64,000 nt of DNA, from contig CM082598.2 in assembly GCA_040954595.2 (NCBI GenBank), positions 3,528,465 through 3,592,464 on the forward strand, in the 5' to 3' direction. Under the pieces are notes generated by a model that had not been told where the DNA came from, made no database searches, and was given only the letters and a program-made list of their open reading frames with translations. Positions 53,815 to 64,000 of the stretch are shown in pieces. Both the position numbers and the translations under genes were made by a program. This stretch comes from Balanoglossus misakiensis. Taxonomy: Eukaryota; Animalia; Hemichordata. Position 1 is the stretch's first letter, and every line of letters starts with the position of its first letter.

Positions 53815-55094
53815 TTTCACCCAATGTGAGATCTCGTGAGACTTAATTAATTGTCGTAGCAACGGAATTCTAGCCAATTTATAAAAGTTGGTCTTTTTTC
53901 GAATAGAAAATTTTCCACCCATTGTGAGATCTCGTGAGACTTAATTAATTATCGTAGCAACGGATTTCTAGCCAATTTATAAAAGTCGAACTTTTTTTTT
54001 CGAATATATAATTTTCCACCCATTGTGAGATCTCGTGAGACTTAATTAAGTACCGTAGCAACGGATTTCTAGCCAATTTATAAAAGTCGAACTTTTTTTC
54101 GAATAGATAATTGTGAGATCTCGTGAGACTTAATTAATAACCGTAGCAACGGATTTCTAGCCAATTTATAAAAGTCGAACTTTTTTTCGAATAAATAATT
54201 TTCCACCCATTGTGAGATCTCGTGAGACTTAATTAATAACCGTAGCAACGGATTTCTAGCCAATTTATGAAATTCGGTCTTTTCCGAATAGATAATTTTC
54301 CACCCATTGTGAGATCTCGTGAGCCTTAATTAAGTACCGTAGCAACGGATTTCTCGCCAATTTATAAAAGTCGAACTTTTTTTCGAATAGATAATTTTCC
54401 ACTCATTGTGAGATCTCGTGAGACTTAATTAATAACCGTACCAACGGATTTCTAGCCAATTTATAAACATCGAACTTTTTTTCGAATAGATAATTGTGAG
54501 ATCTCGTGAGACTTAATTAAGTACCGTAGCAACGGATTTCTAGCCAATTTATAAAAGTCGAACTTTTTTTCGAATAGATAATTTTCCACCCATTGTGAGA
54601 TCTAGTGAGACTTAATTAAGTACCGTAGCAACGGATTTCTAGCCAATTTATAAAAGTCGAACTTTTTTTCGAATAGATAATTTTCCACTCATTGTGAGAT
54701 CTCGTGAGACTTAATTAATAACCGTACCAACGGATTTCTAGCCAATTTATAAACGTCGAACTTTTTTTCGAATAGATAATTGTGAGATCTAGTGAGACTT
54801 AATTAAGTACCGTAGCAACGGATTTCTAGCCAATTTATAAAAGTCGAACTTTTTTTCGAATAGATAATTTTCCACCTATAGTGAGATCTCGTGAGACTTA
54901 ATTAATAACCGTAGCAACGGATTTCTAGCCAATTTATGAAATTCGGTCTTTTCCGAATAGATAATTTTCCACCCATTGTGAGATCTCGTGAGACTTAATT
55001 TATTACCGTAGCAACGGTTTCTCGCCAATTTGTAAAAGTCGAACCTTTTTTTTCGAATAGATAATTTTCCACCCATTGTGAGATCTCGTGAGAC
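53815..55094. repeat. satellite 1: ~99-bp unit with ~88-bp deletion variants, about 13 units
   Basis: Core GTGAGATCT seen 14 times from about 53827 to 55078; unit ATTTTCCACCCATTGTGAGATCTCGTGAGACTTAATTAA...CGAATAGATA. Confidence 0.95.
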
Positions 55095-56625
55095 TATAAC
55101 CCATGATTTTTTTCAAAAAATGACCAAATTTTCAAAATTCGCAAAGTCGACAAATCTTCGATTTTTGACGATTTTCCTGAGCTATAACCCATGATTTTTT
55201 CAAAAAATGACCAAATTTTCAAAATTCGCAAAGTCGAAAAATCTTCGATTTTTGACGATTTTCCTGAGCTATAACCCATGATTTTTTCAAAAAATGACCA
55301 AATTTTCAAAATTCGCAAAGTCGAAAAATCCTCGATTTTTGACGATTTTCCTGAGCTATAACCCATGATTTTTTCAAAAAATGACCGAATTTTCAAAATT
55401 CGCAAAGTCGAAAAATCCTCGATTTTTGACGATTTTCCTGAGCTATAACCCATGATTTTTTCAAAAAATGACCGAATTTTCAAAATTCGCAAAGTCGAAA
55501 AATCTTCGATTTTTGACGATTTTCCTGAGCTATAACCCATGATTTTTTCAAAAAATGAACAAATTTTCAAAATTCGCAAAGTCGAAAAATCTTCGATTTT
55601 TGACGATTTTCCTGAGCTATAACCCGTGATTTTTTCAAAAAATGACCGAATTTTCAAAATTCGCAAAGTCGAAAAATCTTCGATTTTTGACGATTTTCCT
55701 GAGCTATAACCCGTGATTTTTTCAAAAAATGACCGAATTTTCAAAATTCGCAAAGTCGAAAAATCTTCGATTTTTGACGATTTTCCTGAGCTATCACCCA
55801 TGATTTTTTCAAAAAATGACCAAATTTTCAAAATTCGCAAAGTCGAAAAATCCTCGATTTTTGACGATTTTCCTGAGCTATAACCCATGATTTTTTCAAA
55901 AAATGACCAAATTTTCAAAATTCGCAAAGTCGAAAAATCCTCGATTTTTGACGATTTTCCTGAGCTATAACCCATGATTTTTTCAAAAAATGACCAAATT
56001 TTCAAAATTCGCAAAGTCGAAAAATCCTCGATTTTTGACGATTTTCCTGAGCTATAACCCATGATTTTTTCAAAAAATGACAAAATTTTCAAAATTCGCA
56101 AAGTCGAAAAATCCTCGATTTTTGACGATTTTCCTGAGCTATAACCCATGATTTTTCAAAAAATGACCAAATTTTCAAAATTCGCAAAGTCGAAAAATCC
56201 TCGATTTTTGACGATTTTCCTGAGCTATAACCCATGATTTTTCCAAAAAATGACCAAATTTTCAAAATTCGCAAAGTCGAAAAATCGTCGATTTTTGACG
56301 ATTTCCTGAGCTATAACCCATGATTTTTTTCAAAAAATGACCAAATTTTCAAAATTGGCAAAGTCGAAAAATCTTCGATTTTTGACGATTTTCCTGAGCT
56401 ATAACCCATGATTTTTTCAAAAAATGACCGAATTTTCAAAATTAGCAAAGTCGAAAAATCTTCGATTTTTGACGATTTTCCTGAGCTATAACCCATGATT
56501 TTTTCAAAAAATGACCGAATTTTCAAAATTCGCAAAGTCGAAAAATCTTCGATTTTTGACGATTTTCCTGAGCTATAACCCATGATTTTTTCAAAAAATG
56601 AAGAAATTTTGAAATTTCGGAAAGT
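55095..56625. repeat. satellite 2: 87-bp unit, about 17 copies
   Basis: Unit TATAACCCATGATTTTTTCAAAAAATGACCAAATTTTCAAAATTCGCAAAGTCGAAAAATCTTCGATTTTTGACGATTTTCCTGAGC. Confidence 0.97.
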
Positions 56626-59600
56626 TATAGCCCATGATTTTCATCAAAAAATCACAATTTTCCGACTTTTTTAATTTTCAAAATTTGGCCATTTTTCACA
56701 AAAATCATGGGTTATAGCCCATGATTTTCATCAAAAAATCACAATTTTCCGACTTTTTTAATTTTCAAAATTTGGCCATTTTTCACAAAAATCATGGCTT
56801 ATAGCCCATGATTTTCATCAAAAAATCACAATTTTCCGACTTTTTTAATTTTCAAAATTTGGCCATTTTTCACAAAAAATCATGGGTTATAGCCCATGAT
56901 TTTCATCAAAAAATCACAATTTTCCGACTTTTTTAATTTTCAAAATTTGGCCATTTTTCACAAAAATCATGGGTTATAGCCCATGATTTTCATCAAAAAA
57001 TCACAATTTTCCGACTTTTTTAATTTTCAAAATTTGGCCATTTTTCACAAAAATCATGGGTTATAGCCCATGATTTTCATCAAAAAATCACAATTTTCCG
57101 ACTTTTTTAATTTTCAAAATTTGGCCATTTTTCACAAAAATCATGGGTTATAGCCCATGATTTTCATCAAAAAATCACAATTTTCCGACTTTTTTAATTT
57201 TCAAAATTTGGCCATTTTTCACAAAAATCATGGGTTATAGCCCATGATTTTCATCAAAAAATCACAATTTTCCGACTTTTTTAATTTTCAAAATTTGGCC
57301 ATTTTTCACAAAAATCATGGGTTATAGCCCATGATTTTCATCAAAAAATCACAATTTTCCGACTTTTTTAATTTTCAAAATTTGGCCATTTTTCACAAAA
57401 ATCATGGGTTATAGCCCATGATTTTCATCAAAAAATCACAATTTTCCGACTGTTTTAATTTTCAAAATTTGGCCATTTTTCACAAAAATCATGGGTTATA
57501 GCCCATGATTTTCATCAAAAAATCACAATTTTCCGACTTTTTTAATTTTCAAAATTTGGCCATTTTTCACAAAAATCATGGGTTATAGCCCATGATTTTC
57601 ATCAAAAAATCACAATTTTCCGACTTTTTTAATTTTCAAAATTTGGCCATTTTTCACAAAAATCATGGGTTATAGCCCATGATTTTCATCAAAAAATCAC
57701 AATTTTCCGACTTTTTTAATTTTCAAAATTTGGCCATTTTTCACAAAAATCATGGGTTATAGCCCATGATTTTCATCAAAAAATCACAATTTTCCGACTT
57801 TTTTAATTTTCAAAATTTGGCCATTTTTCACAAAAATCATGGGTTATAGCCCATGATTTTCATCAAAAAATCACAATTTTCCGACTTTTTTAATTTTCAA
57901 AATTTGGCCATTTTTCACAAAAATCATGGGTTATAGCCCATGATTTTCATCAAAAAATCACAATTTTCCGACTTTTTTAATTTTCAAAATTTGGCCATTT
58001 TTCACAAAAATCATGGGTTATAGCCCATGATTTTCATCAAAAAATCACAATTTTCCGACTTTTTTAATTTTCAAAATTTGGCCATTTTTCACAAAAATCA
58101 TGGGTTATAGCCCATGATTTTCATCAAAAAATCACAATTTTCCGACTTTTTTAATTTTCAAAATTTGGCCATTTTTCACAAAAATCATGGGTTATAGCCC
58201 ATGATTTTCATCAAAAAATCACAATTTTCCGACTTTTTTAATTTTCAAAATTTGGCCATTTTTCACAAAAATCAGGGTTATAGCCCATGATTTTCATCAA
58301 AAAATCACAATTTTCCGACTTTTTTAATTTTCAAAATTTGGCCATTTTTCACAAAAATCATGGGTTATAGCCCATGATTTTCATCAAAAAATCACAATTT
58401 TCCGACTTTTTTAATTTTCAAAATTTGGCCATTTTTCACAAAAATCATGGGTTATAGCCCATGATTTTCATCAAAAAATCACAATTTTCCGACTTTTTTA
58501 ATTTTCAAAATTTGGCCATTTTTCACAAAAATCATGGGTTATAGCCCATGATTTTCATCGAAAAATCACAATTTTCCGACTTTTTTAATTTTCAAAATTT
58601 GGCCATTTTTCACAAAAATCATGGGTTATAGCCCATGATTTTCATCGAAAAATCACAATTTTCCGACTTTTTTAATTTTCAAAATTTGGCCATTTTTCAC
58701 AAATATCATGGGTTATAGCCCATGATTTTCATCAAAAAATCACAATTTTCCGACTTTTTTAATTTTCAAAATTTGGCCATTTTTCACAAAAATCATGGGT
58801 TATAGCCCATGATTTTCATCAAAAAATCACAATTTTCCGACTTTTTTAATTTTCAAAATTTGGCCATTTTTCACAAAAATCATGGGTTATAGCCATGATT
58901 TTCATCAAAAAATCACAATTTTCCGACTTTTTTAATTTTCAAAATTTGGCCATTTTTCACAAAAATCATGGGTTATAGCCCATGATTTTCATCAAAAAAT
59001 CACAATTTTCCGACTTTTTTAATTTTCAAAATTTGGCCATTTTTCACAAAAATCATGGGTTATAGCCCATGATTTTCATCAAAAAATCACAATTTTCCGA
59101 CTTTTTTAATTTTCAAAATTTGGCCATTTTTCACAAAAATCATGGGTTATAGCCCATGATTTTCATCAAAAAATCACAATTTTCCGACTTTTTTAATTTT
59201 CAAAATTTGGCCATTTTTCACAAAAATCATGGGTTATAGCCCATGATTTTCATCAAAAAATCACAATTTTCCGACTTTTTTAATTTTCAAAATTTGGCCA
59301 TTTTTCACAAAAATCATGGGTTATAGCCCATGATTTTCATCAAAAAATCACAATTTTCCGACTTTTTTAATTTTCAAAATTTGGCCATTTTTCACAAAAA
59401 TCATGGGTTATAGCCCATGATTTTCATCAAAAAATCACAATTTTCCGACTTTTTTAATTTTCAAAATTTGGCCATTTTTCACAAAAATCATGGGTTATAG
59501 CCCATGATTTTCATCAAAAAATCACAATTTTCCGACTTTTTTAATTTTCAAAATTTGGCCATTTTTCACAAAAATCATGGGTTATAGCCCATGATTTTCA

Positions 59601-62600
59601 TCAAAAAATCACAATTTTCCGACTTTTTTAATTTTCAAAATTTGGCCATTTTTCACAAAAATCATGGGTTATAGCCCATGATTTTCATCAAAAAATCACA
59701 ATTTTCCGACTTTTTTAATTTTCAAAATTTGGCCATTTTTCACAAAAATCATGGGTTATAGCCCATGATTTTCATCAAAAAATCACAATTTTCCGACTTT
59801 TTTAATTTTCAAAATTTGGCCATTTTTCACAAAAATCATGGGTTATAGCCCATGATTTTCATCAAAAAATCACAATTTTCCGACTTTTTTAATTTTCAAA
59901 ATTTGGCCATTTTTCACAAAAATCATGGGTTATAGCCCATGATTTTCATCAAAAAATCACAATTTTCCGACTTTTTTAATTTTCAAAATTTGGCCATTTT
60001 TCACAAAAATCATGGGTTATAGCCCATGATTTTCATCAAAAAATCACAATTTTCCGACTTTTTTAATTTTCAAAATTTGGCCATTTTTCACAAAAATCAT
60101 GGGTTATAGCCCATGATTTTCATCAAAAAATCACAATTTTCCGACTTTTTTAATTTTCAAAATTTGGCCATTTTTCACAAAAATCATGGGTTATAGCCCA
60201 TGATTTTCATCAAAAAATCACAATTTTCCGACTTTTTTAATTTTCAAAATTTGGCCATTTTTCACAAAAATCATGGGTTATAGCCCATGATTTTCATCAA
60301 AAAATCACAATTTTCCGACTTTTTTAATTTTCAAAATTTGGCCATTTTTCACAAAAATCATGGGTTATAGCCCATGATTTTCATCAAAAAATCACAATTT
60401 TCCGACTTTTTTAATTTTCAAAATTTGGCCATTTTTCACAAAAATCATGGGTTATAGCCCATGATTTTCATCAAAAAATCACAATTTTCCGACTTTTTTA
60501 ATTTTCAAAATTTGGCCATTTTTCACAAAAATCATGGGTTATAGCCCATGATTTTCATCAAAAAATCACAATTTTCCGACTTTTTTAATTTTCAAAATTT
60601 GGCCATTTTTCACAAAAATCATGGGTTATAGCCCATGATTTTCATCAAAAAATCACAATTTTCCGACTTTTTTAATTTTCAAAATTTGGCCATTTTTCAC
60701 AAAAATCATGGGTTATAGCCCATGAAAATCATCAAAAAATCACAATTTTCCGACTGTTTTAATTTTCAAAATTTGGCCATTTTTCACAAAAATCATGGGT
60801 TATAGCCCATGATTTTCATCAAAAAATCACAATTTTCCGACTGTTTTAATTTTCAAAATTTGGCCATTTTTCACAAAAATCATGGGTTATAGCCCATGAT
60901 TTTCATCAAAAAATCACAATTTTCCGACTTTTTTAATTTTCAAAATTTGGCCATTTTTCACAAAAATCATGGGTTATAGCCCATGATTTTCATCAAAAAA
61001 TCACAATTTTCCGACTTTTTTAATTTTCAAAATTTGGCCATTTTTCACAAAAATCATGGGTTATAGCCCATGATTTTCATCAAAAAATCACAATTTTCCG
61101 ACTTTTTTAATTTTCAAAATTTGGCCATTTTTCACAAAAATCATGGGTTATAGCCCATGATTTTCATCAAAAAATCACAATTTTCCGACTTTTTTAATTT
61201 TCAAAATTTGGCCATTTTTCACAAAAATCATGGGTTATAGCCCATGATTTTCATCAAAAAATCACAATTTTCCGACTTTTTTAATTTTCAAAATTTGGCC
61301 ATTTTTCACAAAAATCATGGGTTATAGCCCATGATTTTCATCAAAAATCACAATTTTCCGACTTTTTTAATTTTCAAAATTTGGCCATTTTTCACAAAAA
61401 TCATGGGTTATAGCCCATGATTTTCATCAAAAAATCACAATTTTCCGACTTTTTTAATTTTCAAAATTTGGCCATTTTTCACAAAAATCATGGGTTATAG
61501 CCCATGATTTTCATCAAAAAATCACAATTTTCCGACTTTTTTAATTTTCAAAATTTGGCCATTTTTCACAAAAATCATGGGTTATAGCCCATGATTTTCA
61601 TCAAAAAATCACAATTTTCCGACTTTTTTAATTTTCAAAATTTGGCCATTTTTCACAAAAATCATGGGTTATAGCCCATGATTTTCATCAAAAAATCACA
61701 ATTTTCCGACTTTTTTAATTTTCAAAATTTGGCCATTTTTCACAAAAATCATGGGTTATAGCCCATGATTTTCATCAAAAAATCACAATTTTCCGACTTT
61801 TTTAATTTTCAAAATTTGGCCATTTTTCACAAAAATCATGGGTTATAGCCCATGATTTTCATCAAAAAATCACAATTTTCCGACTTTTTTAATTTTCAAA
61901 ATTTGGCCATTTTTCACAAAAATCATGGGTTATAGCCCATGATTTTCATCAAAAAATCACAATTTTCCGACTTTTTTAATTTTCAAAATTTGGCCATTTT
62001 TCACAAAAATCATGGGTTATAGCCCATGATAATCATCAAAAAATCACAATTTTCCGACTTTTTTAATTTTCAAAATTTGGCCATTTTTCACAAAAATCAT
62101 GGGTTATAGCCCATGATTTTCATCAAAAAATCACAATTTTCCGACTTTTTTAATTTTCAAAATTTGGCCATTTTTCACAAAAATCATGGGTTATAGCCCA
62201 TGATTTTCATCAAAAAATCACAATTTTCCGACTTTTTTAATTTTCAAAATTTGGCCATTTTTCACAAAAATCATGGGTTATAGGCCATGATTTTCATCAA
62301 AAAATCACAATTTTCCGACTTTTTTAATTTTCAAAATTTGGCCATTTTTCACAAAAATCATGGGTTATAGCCCATGATTTTCATCAAAAAATCACAATTT
62401 TCCGACTTTTTTAATTTTCAAAATTTGGCCATTTTTCACAAAAATCATGGGTTATAGCCCATGATTTTCATCAAAAAATCACAATTTTCCGACTTTTTTA
62501 ATTTTCAAAATTTGGCCATTTTTCACAAAAATCATGGGTTATAGCCCATGATTTTCATCAAAAAATCACAATTTTCCGACTTTTTTAATTTTCAAAATTT

Positions 62601-64000
62601 GGCCATTTTTCACAAAAATCATGGGTTATAGCCCATGATTTTCATCAAAAAATCACAATTTTCCGACTTTTTTAATTTTCAAAATTTGGCCATTTTTCAC
62701 AAAAATCATGGGTTATAGCCCATGATTTTCATCAAAAAATCACAATTTTCCGACTTTTTTAATTTTCAAAATTTGGCCATTTTTCACAAAAATCATGGGT
62801 TATAGCCCATGATTTTCATCAAAAAATCACAATTTTCCGACTTTTTTAATTTTCAAAATTTGGCCATTTTTCACAAAAATCATGGGTTATAGCCCATGAT
62901 TTTCATCAAAAAATCACAATTTTCCGACTTTTTTAATTTTCAAAATTTGGCCATTTTTCACAAAAATCATGGGTTATAGCCCATGATTTTCATCAAAAAA
63001 TCACAATTTTCCGACTTTTTTAATTTTCAAAATTTGGCCATTTTTCACAAAAATCATGGGTTATAGCCCATGATTTTCATCAAAAAATCACAATTTTCCG
63101 ACTTTTTTAATTTTCAAAATTTGGCCATTTTTCACAAAAATCATGGGTTATAGCCCATGATTTTCATCAAAAAATCACAATTTTCCGACTTTTTTAATTT
63201 TCAAAATTTGGCCATTTTTCACAAAAATCATGGGTTATAGCCCATGATTTTCATCAAAAAATCACAATTTTCCGACTTTTTTAATTTTCAAAATTTGGCC
63301 ATTTTTCACAAAAATCATGGGTTATAGCCCATGATTTTCATCAAAAAATCACAATTTTCCGACTTTTTTAATTTTCAAAATTTGGCCATTTTTCACAAAA
63401 ATCATGGGTTATAGCCCATGATTTTCATCAAAAAATCACAATTTTCCGACTTTTTTAATTTTCAAAATTTGGCCATTTTTCACAAAAATCATGGGTTATA
63501 GCCCATGATTTTCATCAAAAAATCACAATTTTCCGACTTTTTTAATTTTCAAAATTTGGCCATTTTTCACAAAAATCATGGGTTATAGCCCATGATTTTC
63601 ATCAAAAAATCACAATTTTCCGACTTTTTTAATTTTCAAAATTTGGCCATTTTTCACAAAAATCATGGGTTATAGCCCATGATTTTCATCAAAAAATCAC
63701 AATTTTCCGACTTTTTTAATTTTCAAAATTTGGCCATTTTTCACAAAAATCATGGGTTATAGCCCATGATTTTCATCAAAAAATCACAATTTTACGACTT
63801 TTTTAATTTTCAAAATTTGGCCATTTTTCACTCTCACGAATGTGTATAGCCCATGATTTTCATTCGAAAAATCACAATTTTAACGACTTTTTAATTTTCA
63901 AAAATTTGGCCATTTTTCACACTCACTAGATGGGTTATCGCCATGATTTTCATCGAAAAATCACATTTTACGACTTTTTAATTTCAATTTGGAATTTTTC
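56626..64000. repeat. satellite 3: highly homogeneous 87-bp unit, about 85 copies, runs off the window end
   Basis: Unit TTATAGCCCATGATTTTCATCAAAAAATCACAATTTTCCGACTTTTTTAATTTTCAAAATTTGGCCATTTTTCACAAAAATCATGGG; period 87 (e.g. 57061 to 57148). Confidence 0.98.

Noticed and set aside
55094-56583. Minus-strand ORFs of up to 351 aa (MGYSSGKSSKIEDFSTLRILK repeats)
   Set aside because: By-product of an 87-bp unit (a multiple of 3) lacking a stop in one frame; broken by single-base indels.
53815-64000. CRISPR-like appearance of regularly spaced palindromic repeats
   Set aside because: Units are contiguous and near-identical with no unique spacers; no cas genes; the context is eukaryotic. This is satellite DNA.
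63790-64000. Sudden divergence of satellite 3 monomers at the window end
   Set aside because: Clustered substitutions and homopolymer indels are more consistent with low-coverage sequence error at a contig end than with a new subfamily; cannot be settled without reads.

Overview
Eukaryotic, intron-rich metazoan DNA; the species cannot be determined from sequence alone. (1) 3-3587 (+): the last nine exons of an LDL-receptor class A (LDLa) repeat gene, ending without a transmembrane segment. (2) 4542-5767 (-): a complete secreted single-domain C-type lectin with QPD/WND motifs. (3) 6721-52616 (+): three tightly spaced head-to-tail paralogous genes, here called A, B and C, of about 1443, 1124 and 3110 aa by manual splicing. 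Each has a short first exon with a YY1-type motif over the ATG and one very large low-complexity exon. Each also has a shared six-exon module of three U1C/matrin-type C2H2 zinc fingers joined by helices, present once in A, once in B and seven times in C. Each module finger is split between its Cys pair and His pair by a phase-0 intron. Matrin-3/ZNF638-like hallmarks are present (VxLDE[IV] acidic motifs, a GFYCxLC C-terminal finger in A), but I see no RRM. (4) 53815-64000: three abutting satellite arrays, the last two being reverse-complement relatives that meet at an inversion junction. Introns carry several MITE families and microsatellites. All gene models were read by eye from GT-AG sites and reading-frame continuity and need RNA-seq confirmation.
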